From Gemmatimonadota bacterium (GTDB lineage: Bacteria > Gemmatimonadota > Gemmatimonadetes > JACCXV01 > JAHWKZ01): 64,000 nt of DNA. Positions 18,980-28,899 of the stretch are shown here, piece by piece; positions within the stretch are counted from its first letter, which is position 1, and each line of letters begins with the position of its first letter. The translations under genes and the position numbers were made by a program. The notes under the pieces are model-generated. The model made no database searches, was not told the origin of the DNA, and saw nothing but the letters and a program-made list of their open reading frames with translations. The DNA lies in the NCBI GenBank assembly GCA_035711625.1, contig DASTCA010000037.1, positions 71,074 through 135,073 of the forward strand, in the 5' to 3' direction.

Positions 18980-19975
18980 ATGAAGCACCCCACTTCGCGG
19001 GCGATGATCAGCGCGACCGGGATGTCGGTGCCCGACAAGGTCGTCACGAACGCCGATTTCGAGCGCATCGTGGAAACGACCGACGAGTGGATCACGTCGC
19101 GCACGGGCATCCGGGAGCGACGGATGTGCGCGGAAGGCGAAAACACCGCTGATATGGCGGCCGAGGCGGGCCGCCGCGCGCTCGAAGACGCCGGTCTCCC
19201 CCCCGAGGACGTCGAGATCCTGATCCTCTCGACGGCCACCCCCGACCATCTCCTGCCGGCCACGGCGTGCGAGGCGCAGGCGATCCTGGGCTGCGAGAAC
19301 GCTGCGGCGTTCGACATCAGTGCCGCCTGCGCGGGCTGGCTCTACGGTGTCGCGCTCGCCGACGCGATGGTCACTTCCGGCATGCACGACAACGTGCTCA
19401 TCATCGGGTCCGAGAAGATGTCGGCGATCCTGGACTATACCGACCGGACGACCTGCGTTCTCTTCGGGGACGGAGCCGGAGCCGCCCTCGTCACCCGAGG
19501 GAACGGCAATGGGCGCGGGATCCTGGCCACCCACATGCGCACCAACGGCCGGCAGGCCCATCTGCTGTGGCGGCCCGCCGGCGGGGCCGCCATGCCCTCC
19601 ACCGACGTGACCCGTTCGGAGCACATGGAGTACGTGAAGCAGGAGGGTCGCGAGGTCTTCAAGCAGGCTGTCGTGGCGATGGAAGACTCGTGCAGGCGGG
19701 TGCTCGAGATCGCCGGGATGACCATCTCGGATATCGACCTGGTGATCCCCCACCAGGCCAACATACGGATCATCGACGCGGTCACGAAGCGACTCGAGGT
19801 CGATGACGAGCGGGTGTTCGTGAACATCGACCGCTACGGCAACACGAGCTCGGCCTCGATCCCGATCGCGCTGGACGAGGCCCGTCGCCAGGGACGGGTG
19901 GGGGCCGGCTCGAAGCTCCTCATGACCGCCTTCGGCGGGGGACTCGCCTGGGGGGCGTCGGTGGTGGTGCTCTAG
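18980..19975 (+). CDS. fabH: 3-oxoacyl-ACP synthase III
   Basis: TSDEWITSRTGIRERR, AFDISAACAGW (active Cys), PHQANIRI, GNTSSASIP. Confidence 0.95.
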   Translation: MKHPTSRAMISATGMSVPDKVVTNADFERIVETTDEWITSRTGIRERRMCAEGENTADMAAEAGRRALEDAGLPPEDVEILILSTATPDHLLPATACEAQAILGCENAAAFDISAACAGWLYGVALADAMVTSGMHDNVLIIGSEKMSAILDYTDRTTCVLFGDGAGAALVTRGNGNGRGILATHMRTNGRQAHLLWRPAGGAAMPSTDVTRSEHMEYVKQEGREVFKQAVVAMEDSCRRVLEIAGMTISDIDLVIPHQANIRIIDAVTKRLEVDDERVFVNIDRYGNTSSASIPIALDEARRQGRVGAGSKLLMTAFGGGLAWGASVVVL

Positions 19976-20003
19976 TGTTCCGGGCCGTCCGGCCGGCCTG
20001 AGC

Positions 20004-20930
20004 ATGGGGATAGCGTTCCAGTTCCCGGGCCAGGGAAGCCAGGCGGTGGGCATGGGCGCATCGCTGGCCGATGCGTATCCGGAGGCGCGGGACGTGTTCC
20101 ACGCGGCGGACGACGCGCTCGGCTTCGAGCTGTCGCGCCTGTGCTGGGAAGGGCCCGAGGAGAAGCTCAAGGCGACCGAGAACGCGCAGCCCGCGCTCCT
20201 GGTCCATGGGATCGCGGCCGCACGGGCACTCTCCGCGCGAGGCGTGACACCGATCGCCGCCGCCGGCCACAGCCTGGGAGAATTCACCGCGCTCGTGGCT
20301 GCGGGCAGCCTGGCGTTCGCGGACGCGGTACGGCTGGTGCGCGCCCGGGGGCAGGCCATGGCGTGGACGGGTTCCGAGAGTCCGGGCACGATGGCGGCCG
20401 TGATCGGGCTTGACGCGGCGGCGATCGAGGAGCTGTGCGCTGACTCGCGACAGGATGGCGAGGTCCTCGTGCCCGCCAATTACAACTCGCCGGGCCAGAT
20501 CGTGATCTCGGGTTCCACGGCGGCGGTCCACCGCGCGATATCGGCGGCGAAGGAGCGAGGTGCGCGGATGTCGATCGAGCTCCAGGTCTCCGGCGCCTTC
20601 CACTCGCCTCTAATGGGGCCCGCCGTACCGCGATTGCGCGAGGCGCTCTCCGACGTGGAGATCCGTCCAGCGACGATCCCCGTCGTGGCCAACGTCGACG
20701 CGCATCCCATCACCGCGCCGGACGAGATTCGGGATCGATTGATCGAGCAGATGACGGGCGCGGTGCGCTGGACCGATTGCGTTCTCACTCTCCGCGACCT
20801 GGGTGCCCGGCGTTTCGTCGAGCCCGGCCCCGGGCACGTTCTGACCGGACTTCTGAGGCGCATAGACCGATCCCTGGAAGGGCGTGTCGCGGGAACGGTC
20901 GATCAGGTCGAGGAGGTGGTCGCCGCATGA
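20004..20930 (+). CDS. fabD: malonyl-CoA:ACP transacylase
   Basis: FPGQGSQAVGM, GHSLGEFTAL (active Ser), SGAFHSPLM. Confidence 0.95.
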   Translation: MGIAFQFPGQGSQAVGMGASLADAYPEARDVFHAADDALGFELSRLCWEGPEEKLKATENAQPALLVHGIAAARALSARGVTPIAAAGHSLGEFTALVAAGSLAFADAVRLVRARGQAMAWTGSESPGTMAAVIGLDAAAIEELCADSRQDGEVLVPANYNSPGQIVISGSTAAVHRAISAAKERGARMSIELQVSGAFHSPLMGPAVPRLREALSDVEIRPATIPVVANVDAHPITAPDEIRDRLIEQMTGAVRWTDCVLTLRDLGARRFVEPGPGHVLTGLLRRIDRSLEGRVAGTVDQVEEVVAA

Positions 20931-21679
20931 GCGTGGGGATCGATCTGGCGGGCAAGCGGGCACTCGTCACCGGCGGAAATCGGGGTATCGGGCGCGCGAT
21001 CGCCGGTCGCCTGGCGGAAGCCGGGGCTGACGTCGCGGTGTTCGCACGCAGCCAGGATTCTGTCGCGGAGACCGCACACGAGCTCGCGGCGCATGGCGTG
21101 CGAGGTTTGGGATTGGTGGGCGACGTCGGTTCGGACGAGGACATCGAGCGCGCGTGGGAACAGCTGACGGGCGAGTTCGAGGGCCTGGACATCCTCGTGA
21201 ACAACGCGGGAATCACCCGCGACGGTCTCCTCCTTCGGATGAAGCCCGCGGACTGGGACGCGGTTATCGACGTCAACCTGACAGCGGCGTATCGCTGGTG
21301 TCGTCGGGCGGTCAAGCAGATGGTGCGTCAGCGCAGCGGGCGGATTCTGAACATCTCGTCGATCGTCGGCGTGATCGGCAATCCCGGCCAGTCGAACTAT
21401 GCCGCGTCCAAGGCGGGGCTGATCGGATTTACGAAAGCACTGGCGGTGGAAGTGGCGGGTCGCGGGATCACGGTGAACGCCATCGCGCCCGGGTTCATCG
21501 AAACCGAAATGACGCATGTCCTGGGCGACGCTTCGCAAGAGGAATTCCTGGCCAGAATACCGCTCGGCAGGCTGGGAACTACCGGGAATGTCGCCGACCT
21601 GGCGCTGTTCCTCGCCTCACCGATGAGTGACTATATTACCGGCCAAGTCATCTGTGTCGATGGTGGTCTCACGCGCTGA
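20927..21679 (+). CDS. fabG: 3-oxoacyl-ACP reductase
   Basis: ATGA overlap with fab[13 protein letters not shown] Rossmann motif, NNAGI, YAASKAG catalytic motif. Confidence 0.93.
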   Translation: MSVGIDLAGKRALVTGGNRGIGRAIAGRLAEAGADVAVFARSQDSVAETAHELAAHGVRGLGLVGDVGSDEDIERAWEQLTGEFEGLDILVNNAGITRDGLLLRMKPADWDAVIDVNLTAAYRWCRRAVKQMVRQRSGRILNISSIVGVIGNPGQSNYAASKAGLIGFTKALAVEVAGRGITVNAIAPGFIETEMTHVLGDASQEEFLARIPLGRLGTTGNVADLALFLASPMSDYITGQVICVDGGLTR

Positions 21680-21713
21680 ACGCTCGTCGAAAACTTGTCG
21701 GGAGGGAGACGGC

Positions 21714-21950
21714 ATGTCCGTAGAATCGCAGGTCAAGGAAATCATCGTAGAGAATCTCGGGGTGGACAACGAGAAGGTCACCGAGGACGCTTCGTTCGTC
21801 GAGGACCTGGGGGCCGACTCTCTCGACACGGTCGAGCTGGTGATGGCGTTCGAAGAGGAGTTCGACATCGAAATCCCGGATGAGGATGCCGAAAAGCTCA
21901 CCACGGTCGGCGAGGCGATCGCCTATCTGAAGGGCAAGACAGAGGCCTAG
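21714..21950 (+). CDS. acpP: acyl carrier protein
   Basis: ATG 21714 after [28 protein letters not shown] phosphopantetheine site. 78 aa. Confidence 0.95.
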   Translation: MSVESQVKEIIVENLGVDNEKVTEDASFVEDLGADSLDTVELVMAFEEEFDIEIPDEDAEKLTTVGEAIAYLKGKTEA

Positions 21951-21958
21951 GCCCACCT

Positions 21959-23200
21959 ATGGGGCGCCGCGTCGTCGTCACCGGGATGGGTCTGCTCACG
22001 GCGGTGGGAAACGACCTGGCTAGCTCGTGGCAGGCCCTGCTGGAAGGGCGCTCGGGCGTGCGTCGCATCACTCGCTTCGATCCGGAAGGCTTCGCGACAC
22101 AAATCGCGGCCGAAGTGAAGCACTTCGAGGCGGAGCGCTGGATCGAGAAGAAAGAAACACGCCGTCAGGATCTGTTCACGCAGTTCGCTGTCGCGGCGGC
22201 AAGCATGGCGGTCGACGACAGCGGCCTCGACCTTCCTGACGGCGATGGACACCGGGTGGGGGTCATCATCGGGTCCGGAATCGGCGGGATCGCGACCCAC
22301 GAGATACAGAACAAGCGCTATCTGGATGGTGGTCCCTCGCGGATCAGCCCGTTCTACATCCCGATGATGATTCCCGACATTGCCAGCGGGATCGTCTCGA
22401 TGCGGTACGGCGCCAAAGGTCCGAACTACTGCACCGTATCTGCCTGCGCGTCGAGCGCGCACGCAATCGGAGACGCGTTCCGCCTGATCAAGCACGAGGA
22501 CGCGGACGTGATGATCGCGGGGGGCACCGAAGCGGCAGTGACTGCGATGTCGGTCGGAGGCTTCGCGGCCATGAAGGCTATGTCCACCCGGAACGACGAG
22601 CCGGAAAGGGCGAGCCGGCCGTTCGATGCCGAGCGCGATGGCTTCGTCCTGGGCGAGGGTGCGGGCATGGCGGTACTCGAGGAACTGGATCACGCGCGTG
22701 CGCGTGGAGCCCGGATCTACGCCGAGGTGCTGGGCGTCGGGATGACGGCCGACGCCTACCACATCACCGCCCCGGCGCCGAACGGCGAGGGCGCTGCTCG
22801 CGCGATGCAGCGCGCAATCGATGAATCGGGCCGTGCTCCGATGGAATACGACTACATCAACGCGCACGGCACATCGACGCCATTCAACGACGAATTCGAG
22901 ACCATGGCGATCAAGTCGGTGTTCGGTCCGCATGCACACCAGCTGATGGTCGGATCCACGAAGTCCATGACCGGCCACCTTTTGGGCGGCGCAGGCGGTC
23001 TGGAGTTCGTCGTCACCTCGATGGTCATCCACGAGAGCAAGGTTCCTCCGACGATCAACCAAGAGCACCCCGACCCCCAGTGCGACCTGGACTATGTCCC
23101 CAACACCATGCGCGAGGCGGACGTGAGGACGGCGCTGTCGAACTCGTTCGGTTTCGGTGGCCACAATGCGTCCCTGGCCCTGGGGAGATACGAAGAGTGA
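21959..23200 (+). CDS. fabF: 3-oxoacyl-ACP synthase II
   Basis: RRVVVTGMG, CTVSACASSAHAIG (active Cys), NAHGTSTPFND, GHLLGGAG, SFGFGGHNASL. Confidence 0.95.
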   Translation: MGRRVVVTGMGLLTAVGNDLASSWQALLEGRSGVRRITRFDPEGFATQIAAEVKHFEAERWIEKKETRRQDLFTQFAVAAASMAVDDSGLDLPDGDGHRVGVIIGSGIGGIATHEIQNKRYLDGGPSRISPFYIPMMIPDIASGIVSMRYGAKGPNYCTVSACASSAHAIGDAFRLIKHEDADVMIAGGTEAAVTAMSVGGFAAMKAMSTRNDEPERASRPFDAERDGFVLGEGAGMAVLEELDHARARGARIYAEVLGVGMTADAYHITAPAPNGEGAARAMQRAIDESGRAPMEYDYINAHGTSTPFNDEFETMAIKSVFGPHAHQLMVGSTKSMTGHLLGGAGGLEFVVTSMVIHESKVPPTINQEHPDPQCDLDYVPNTMREADVRTALSNSFGFGGHNASLALGRYEE

Positions 23201-23210
23201 TGGGTATGCG

Positions 23211-23987
23211 ATGATACGGAAGTGGCTGCGCCGGTTGAGAGGCGCGGGTCTGCCTACCGAGGCGCAAGCGGAGGATCGACTGCAACAACTCGAGCGAATG
23301 CTCGGACATCGGTTTACGATCCCCGGTATCCTGACCCGCGCTTCCACGCACCCTTCCTATCTGGACCAGACCGACAGCCGCGGCGAATCCTACGAGCGAC
23401 TGGAGTTCCTCGGCGATTCGGTGCTGAACCTTGCAGTCAGCGAATGGTTGTTCAATCGCAGCCCCGATGCCCAAGAAGGCGTCCTGTCCCAGCAGCGCGC
23501 GCACATCATCTCTCGGCGCTTTCTCGCTGCCGCCTCAGAGGAGCTGGGGTTGCCCGACTGCGTGCAAACGGGTGACGATCAGAACCTGCTGGCGGGTGGC
23601 GGTCGCCAGAAGATCGCAGCCGACGCACTCGAAGCGGTGATCGGGGCCCTCTATATAGACGGCGGGTTCGAAGTCGCGCGCTCGTTCATCGAGCGGCACA
23701 TTCTCTCGCTCGACGTCGGTCACGAAGAAGGCTTCCACACGGCGAAGAACCGCTTGCAGGAAACGATCCACGAGCTCGGCCGGGGGCAGTTGACGTATCG
23801 CACTACGCGCGCCAGCTCCGCTCCCGACAAGAGCCGCGAGGACATCAACTTCCGTTGCCAGGTCTGGCTCGAGGGCGAACCGCTCGGGACCGGTTGGGGG
23901 CGTACGAAGAAGGAGGCAGAGAAGGAGGCGGCGCTGGACGCGCTGGAACGACTGGACAAGGTCCGCGCCTCAGCTTCTCGGCGCTAG
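23211..23987 (+). CDS. rnc: ribonuclease III
   Basis: ATG 23211. Signature ERLEFLGDSVLNLAVSEWLF, DALEAVIGALYIDGG and a C-terminal dsRBD (KNRLQE..GWGRTKKEAEKEAA). Confidence 0.92.
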   Translation: MIRKWLRRLRGAGLPTEAQAEDRLQQLERMLGHRFTIPGILTRASTHPSYLDQTDSRGESYERLEFLGDSVLNLAVSEWLFNRSPDAQEGVLSQQRAHIISRRFLAAASEELGLPDCVQTGDDQNLLAGGGRQKIAADALEAVIGALYIDGGFEVARSFIERHILSLDVGHEEGFHTAKNRLQETIHELGRGQLTYRTTRASSAPDKSREDINFRCQVWLEGEPLGTGWGRTKKEAEKEAALDALERLDKVRASASRR

Positions 23988-23991
23988 GGAA

Positions 23992-24894
23992 ATGGGCGAG
24001 TCGAGGCCCGAGGTCCTGCCGCGGGTCCTTTCAGGAACCTACGAAGACCGTTTCTCCAACCTCGCGTTCATCGGCGGTGGGAAGATGTATCGCCTGGCAC
24101 GCGAGCGGTTGGGCACGATATCGGATGTGCTCGTCAAGGAAACGCCCTTCGGCTGCTCGACCCCGATCCTCTTCATGCAGCACGGCGACCGCCGATTCTT
24201 CCTCGTCCCGCGCCACGGTGAGCGCGAGTACCGCGTGACCGCGCCGTTCGTCAATTACCGCGCCAACGTCTGGGCGTTGAAAGACCTCGGCGTGGAACGG
24301 GTGGTTGCCTGGACGGGACCGGGCTCGCTCTCCTCGGAGTTGCGGATCGGGGACCTGGTCCTGCCCGACGACCTGATCGACATGACCCGCAATCGGGCGA
24401 CGACTTTCTTCGAGCGCAAGGGCATCGGGATCCTGCGTCAGAATCCCGTGTTCTGTCCCACGCTCGGCGGCGCGCTGACGCAGGTTCTGACCGAGATGGC
24501 GCTCCGACCCAAGTGCGGCGCGACGTACGTGGTCAGCGAGGGTCCGCGACTCGAAACGCGGGCCGAGGCGCGCGCGCTGCAGGCCATGGGTGGAGACCTC
24601 GTAGGGATGACGCTGGCGCCCGAGGCGTTTCTCGCTCGGGAACTGGAGATGTGCTACCATCCGGTCGCTTACGTGACCGCCTGGGCTGAAGGCGTGGCGG
24701 GGGAGGGGAAAGCGGCGGCGTCGGAAGAGGAGCGTCAGGCTCGAATCGACGAGACGCTCCAGCTCATGCCCGAGATCAACTGGAACCTGCTCGCTCTCCT
24801 GCCGGCGACGGCGTGGGCGTGCTCGTGTCAGGATTCGATGTTGAGATACAAGCAGCGGAAGATCATCGATGACGACTTCCACACCTGGATCTGA
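23992..24894 (+). CDS. MTAP-like purine nucleoside phosphorylase (S-methyl-5'-thioadenosine/inosine phosphorylase family)
   Basis: TPFG..FLVPRHG..VNYRANVWALKDLGVERVVAWTGPGSL..GDLVLPDDLIDMTRNR..GMTLAPEAFLAREL pattern of the MTAP family. C-terminal extension with a CSC motif. Confidence 0.75.
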   Translation: MGESRPEVLPRVLSGTYEDRFSNLAFIGGGKMYRLARERLGTISDVLVKETPFGCSTPILFMQHGDRRFFLVPRHGEREYRVTAPFVNYRANVWALKDLGVERVVAWTGPGSLSSELRIGDLVLPDDLIDMTRNRATTFFERKGIGILRQNPVFCPTLGGALTQVLTEMALRPKCGATYVVSEGPRLETRAEARALQAMGGDLVGMTLAPEAFLARELEMCYHPVAYVTAWAEGVAGEGKAAASEEERQARIDETLQLMPEINWNLLALLPATAWACSCQDSMLRYKQRKIIDDDFHTWI

Positions 24895-24909
24895 CTTGGA
24901 TCCGAGATC

Positions 24910-25350
24910 ATGTCACAAGAAGAGGTTGATATGGGGGAGAGGGAGAGCGGGCCGGAGGTCTTGATCGTGGCCGGGTCGGAGTCCGACCGGCCGGTGGTCG
25001 AAAAAGCGGAGAAGGTGCTGCGCGAGGCGGGCGTCGCGTACGAGCTCGAGATCGCTTCCGCCCACCGGACGCCGGATCGGGTGGCGGAGCTGGCCAGGGG
25101 AGCCGAAGGCCGGGGCGTGCGGGTCGTGATCGCGGCTGCGGGGCTGGCCGCGGCGCTACCCGGAGTCATGGCCGCGCACTCGAAGCTCCCCGTGATCGGG
25201 CTGCCGGTCGCGGCGGGGGCACTGCGCGGGGTAGACGCCCTACTCGCCATCGCCCAGATGCCCCCCGGAGTGCCGGTCGCCGCGGTTGGGATCGACGCCG
25301 GGGCCAATGCCGCCCACCTCGCGCTTCGGATTCTCGGACGATCTGAGTAG
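24910..25350 (+). CDS. purE: N5-carboxyaminoimidazole ribonucleotide mutase
   Basis: VLIVAGSESDRPV, SAHRTPDR, AGLAAALPGVMAAHSKLPVIGLPV. Confidence 0.9.
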   Translation: MSQEEVDMGERESGPEVLIVAGSESDRPVVEKAEKVLREAGVAYELEIASAHRTPDRVAELARGAEGRGVRVVIAAAGLAAALPGVMAAHSKLPVIGLPVAAGALRGVDALLAIAQMPPGVPVAAVGIDAGANAAHLALRILGRSE

Positions 25351-25395
25351 AGCGTTGGTGGGCAACGACATGAGCTGCGCGATCTCCAGCGTCGG

Positions 25396-26859
25396 ATGAA
25401 GGGGATCGAATCCCCGGCGGGCGACGTTCACGACCGCTACAGGAACCCGCTCGTCGAGCGCTACGCGAGCGAGGAGATGGCCGCGCTCTTCTCGGCTCGG
25501 GACCGGATCCGGGCATGGCGCCGGATCTGGGTCGCACTCGCCGAGGCCCAGGCCGAGCTCGGCGTGGGGGGCGTGACCTCGGAGCAGGCCGCGGCCCTCG
25601 CGCGAGCGGCCGACGACATCGATTTCGGTCGCGCCGACGAGCTCGAACGGGAGCTTCGGCACGACGTCATGGCCCACGTACGGGCCTTCGGAGAGGCGGC
25701 ACCCGTCGCCGCGCCGATCCTCCACCTCGGGGCCACGAGCGCGTTCGTAGTCGACAACGCGGATCTCCTCGTGATGCGCGATGCGACGCGCGTCATCGAG
25801 CGGAAGTGCCTGAGCGTCGTCCATGCGCTGGCGGAGTTCGCGGAACGCTGGGCCGATCTACCTACGCTGGGTTGGACGCACTTCCAGCCTGCTCAGCCGA
25901 CCACCGTCGGCAAGCGCGCCTGCCTCTGGATCGCGGATCTCCTGCTGGACCTGGAAGAAGTGGCCTTCCGACTCGAAGGCTTCCGGCTGCGTGGGCTCAA
26001 GGGCACCACCGGGACCCAGGCCTCTTTCCTCGCGCTGGCGGGAGGCGACGGGGCCCTGGTCGACGATCTCGAGCGCCGAGTCGTCGAGAAGCTCGGCGCT
26101 CCCGCCGCGTTTCCCGTCACAGGGCAGACGCACTCCAGGAAAGTGGACGCCGCCTGGGCGGCGACGATCGCGGGCGTCGCGGAATCGACCGGAAAGTTCA
26201 GCCACGACATTCGACTGCTCCAGCATCTCGGCGAGGTGCTCGAGCCCTTCGGGGCGCGGCAGGTGGGCTCCTCGGCGATGCCGTACAAGCGGAACCCGAT
26301 GCGCGCCGAGCGGATGAGCGCGCTGTCGCGCTTCGCGATACAGACCGCGGGCAATCTCGCATATACCGCGGCCACTCAGTGGCTCGAACGCTCGCTCGAC
26401 GACTCCGCCGTGCGACGGATCGCGCTTCCCGAGCTTTTCCTCACCGTCGACGCTCTCCTCGTCCTCTACCATGGAGTCGCGTCCGGTCTCGAAGTCCAGG
26501 AGGCGCGCATCGCGCAGAACCTGGAGCGCGAGCTCCCGGCGATGGCGACGGAGACTCTGCTCATGGCGGCGGCCGAATCCGGCGGCGATCGGCAGGAGCT
26601 CCACGAGCGGATTCGCATCCGCGCGCGCGAAGCGGCGGCCCGGATCGAAGGTGGGGAGGGAAGCGACCTCCTCGACCGCCTGGCCGCGGAGCCGGGGTTC
26701 GCCGGCCTCCCCGAGGAGACGTGGCGGCAGGCGCGCGATCCGGCGACGTACGTGGGACGGGCGCCCGAGCAGACGCGCCAGTTCCTGGCGCGCGAGGTAC
26801 GCCCGCGGCTCGAAGCGTACGAGGGGACGCTCGAGATGACCGGCGAGGTGCGGGTTTGA
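25396..26859 (+). CDS. purB: adenylosuccinate lyase
   Basis: YRNPLVERYAS start region, HLGATS, WTHFQPAQPTTVGKR and the signature SSAMPYKRNPMRAE. Confidence 0.93.
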   Translation: MKGIESPAGDVHDRYRNPLVERYASEEMAALFSARDRIRAWRRIWVALAEAQAELGVGGVTSEQAAALARAADDIDFGRADELERELRHDVMAHVRAFGEAAPVAAPILHLGATSAFVVDNADLLVMRDATRVIERKCLSVVHALAEFAERWADLPTLGWTHFQPAQPTTVGKRACLWIADLLLDLEEVAFRLEGFRLRGLKGTTGTQASFLALAGGDGALVDDLERRVVEKLGAPAAFPVTGQTHSRKVDAAWAATIAGVAESTGKFSHDIRLLQHLGEVLEPFGARQVGSSAMPYKRNPMRAERMSALSRFAIQTAGNLAYTAATQWLERSLDDSAVRRIALPELFLTVDALLVLYHGVASGLEVQEARIAQNLERELPAMATETLLMAAAESGGDRQELHERIRIRAREAAARIEGGEGSDLLDRLAAEPGFAGLPEETWRQARDPATYVGRAPEQTRQFLAREVRPRLEAYEGTLEMTGEVRV

Positions 26860-26878
26860 GGGCCTGTGAGGGCCCAGG

Positions 26879-27544
26879 GTGACACGGGAGCCGCGGCCCG
26901 CCGACCGGGCCGGCATCGCGGCCGCGGTCGAGGCGCTCTCGCGCGGCCGGCTCGTCCTCCATCCCACGGAGACCGTCGTCAGCTTGAGTGGCGACCCTCG
27001 CGACGAGCGGGCGGTGGCATCGGCGTGGGCGATCAAGGGCTACGCGACCCGGCGACCGTTCCTCTGTCTCGTGCCTGACCCCGAGTCCGGGCGCTCGCTC
27101 GCCGCTGACTGGCCGGCGGCGGCCGAACGGCTCGCGGGGGCGTTCTGGCCGGGGCCTCTGACGATCGTGGTCTCCGCCTCCGCGACGGCACCTCCCGCGG
27201 TGACGGCAGAGGGGACGATCGCGCTCCGGCCCGCCGCCGACCCCGTCTCGTCCGCGCTCCTGTTCGCCTGGGGAGGGCCGCTCTTCTCCACCAGCGCGAA
27301 CCGGCGCGGGGAGGTGGCCCCGATAGACGTCCGCGCCGCACTACTGGCGCTGGCCTCGGCGCCGCGCTCCGATGCGATCGAACTCGCGCTCATTCCCGCG
27401 ACCGGTGCCGAGCCTCCCGGCCCGGGCACCCTCTCTTCGACCATCGTCGACGTCGCGGCACGTCCGCCGCGGCTCGTCCGCGCCGGCGCGATTCCAGAGG
27501 CGTCGATCCGGGCGATCGTCCCCGACCTCGAACTCCCGCGGTAA
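26879..27544 (+). CDS. tsaC: L-threonylcarbamoyladenylate synthase (YrdC/TsaC domain)
   Basis: LVLHPTETVVSLSGDP, KGYATRRPFLCLV, FWPGPLTIV, STSANRRGE, SSTIVD. Confidence 0.82.
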   Translation: MTREPRPADRAGIAAAVEALSRGRLVLHPTETVVSLSGDPRDERAVASAWAIKGYATRRPFLCLVPDPESGRSLAADWPAAAERLAGAFWPGPLTIVVSASATAPPAVTAEGTIALRPAADPVSSALLFAWGGPLFSTSANRRGEVAPIDVRAALLALASAPRSDAIELALIPATGAEPPGPGTLSSTIVDVAARPPRLVRAGAIPEASIRAIVPDLELPR

Positions 27545-27584
27545 TCCGCTTGCGGCTCGCTTCCGAGGCGGCCAACTTGGGCGC

Positions 27585-28082
27585 GTGACGACGTCCCGGC
27601 CCTATCGCGTCCTCGTCGTATGCACGGGGAACACGTGCCGCTCGCCGATGGCCGAAGCGATCCTGAGAGAGCGGTTCACCGAGCTCGGGGTCGAAGCCGA
27701 GGTGCGCTCGGCGGGCACCTACGCGGTCGTCGGCGGACCAGCGCAGCCGCACGCCGTCAGCGCAGCGGCCCGGGCCGGGCTCGACATCTCGGCGCATGTC
27801 GCCCGGCAGCTGGACCACGAGCTGGTGCGCTGGGCGGACACCGTCCTCTGCATGTCCCCATCGCACGCACGCGAGGTCCGTTCGATCGACTCCGCCGCGG
27901 AGATTCAGCTGGTCGCGGACTTCGCCTCCCGGCCGTACCGGGGAAGCGAGATTCCCGACCCCATGGGTCGGCCCGCGATCGTCTACGACGAGGTGTTCGA
28001 GGAGCTCGAGGAGTGCCTCGCGGAGTTCGCCGCTCGGCACCCGGGATCGCCGGCGGAGGCCCGGCCCGGGGACGGCGGCTGA
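27585..28082 (+). CDS. low-molecular-weight protein-tyrosine/arsenate-type phosphatase
   Basis: GTG 27585. P-loop VLVVCTGNTCRSPMAEA and the DPMG motif (IPDPMGRP). Confidence 0.88.
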   Translation: MTTSRPYRVLVVCTGNTCRSPMAEAILRERFTELGVEAEVRSAGTYAVVGGPAQPHAVSAAARAGLDISAHVARQLDHELVRWADTVLCMSPSHAREVRSIDSAAEIQLVADFASRPYRGSEIPDPMGRPAIVYDEVFEELEECLAEFAARHPGSPAEARPGDGG

Positions 28083-28130
28083 CCCGCCGAAGCCCCTCCC
28101 GAGCCTCCCTCCGGGCGGTGGCGGTTTTTT
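28083..28130 (+). terminator. possible intrinsic terminator after the LMW-PTP gene
   Basis: Imperfect GC stem (CCGCC..GCCC / GGGC..GGCGG) followed by TTTTTT, a rare run in this GC-rich DNA. Confidence 0.3.
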
Positions 28131-28198
28131 CTCGGGGCGCGTTCCCTGTCAGAAGAGGTCCAATATAGCCGAACGGACAGGCTTTTCGACCCCTCGGG

Positions 28199-28228
28199 TT
28201 GACTGGCGGCTCCGGACCCCTTTACAAT
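28199..28228 (+). promoter_or_regulatory. candidate sigma70-like promoter
   Basis: TTGACT, an 18-nt spacer, then TACAAT, about 85 nt upstream of ATG 28314. Best consensus match seen in the window. Confidence 0.4.
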
Positions 28229-28313
28229 GGCGGGACCATTTGTCCGTCTGGCGCAGGTCGCCGAACCCATCCCCCCCATCGCCCACTTTCCACGCGGAGG
28301 ACGAGAAGGGATC

Positions 28314-28808
28314 ATGCGATTCAATCCGATGCTCGCGGCCGGGATCCTGGCCGGAGCTCTCATACTACCGGGCGCTGCCGGCGCCTCTTCGATCACCTCT
28401 CCCGCAGCAACAATCAGCACCGACGAATCCGATTCACTCTACGCCAAGGCGGGCGACCTGTATGCCGCCCACAAGTACCGGGAGGCGATCCCGCTGTTCG
28501 AGCGGGTGGTCGAGCTCGATCCGCGCAACGCGAACGCGTTCGCGCTCCTGGGCGGGTCGTACTTCCAGCTCGGCGACTATCCGCGCGCGATCGCGGCGTT
28601 CGAGCAGGCGCTCCGCCTCGACGAGGGCATCAAGCTCGCCTATCTAGGCCTGGTGGCCGCGAACTACCTGAGCGAGCGTGTCGTTCAGGCCCAGGAATGG
28701 GTCCGGCGCCTGGTGCCGATCCTGACCGGCGAAGAGCGGGAGCGTTACCTGGCGATGATCTCGGCTCAGTTCCCGGGCCTCGGACCGGCCGGGATGCTGG
28801 CCCGCTGA
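28314..28808 (+). CDS. secreted TPR-repeat protein
   Basis: ATG 28314. Signal-like MRFNPMLAAGILAGALILPGAAGA. TPR repeats (YAKAGDLYAAHKYREAIPLFERVVELDPRNANAFALLGGSYFQLGDYPRAIAAFEQAL). Confidence 0.75.
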   Translation: MRFNPMLAAGILAGALILPGAAGASSITSPAATISTDESDSLYAKAGDLYAAHKYREAIPLFERVVELDPRNANAFALLGGSYFQLGDYPRAIAAFEQALRLDEGIKLAYLGLVAANYLSERVVQAQEWVRRLVPILTGEERERYLAMISAQFPGLGPAGMLAR

Positions 28809-28830
28809 CGAACCTGTCCTAGCACTGCGT

Positions 28831-28862
28831 CGGGGGCCGCTGCCGCGGCCCCCGTTTCGTTC
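28831..28862 (+). terminator. intrinsic terminator candidate
   Basis: Perfect 10-bp GC stem CGGGGGCCGC / GCGGCCCCCG with a 4-nt loop, followed by TTTCGTT. Confidence 0.5.
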
Positions 28863-28899
28863 CTCCCTCCGCCCGCAGTTCCTCCCTCGCCGAGCGCCC

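Noticed and set aside
28131-28198. Possible small RNA between the T-tract at 28125-28130 and the promoter at 28199 (CCTGTC..GACAGG stem followed by CTTTT)
   Set aside because: The stem is only 6 bp with a 24-nt loop. There is no promoter-like element in front of it and no conservation information, so support is insufficient.
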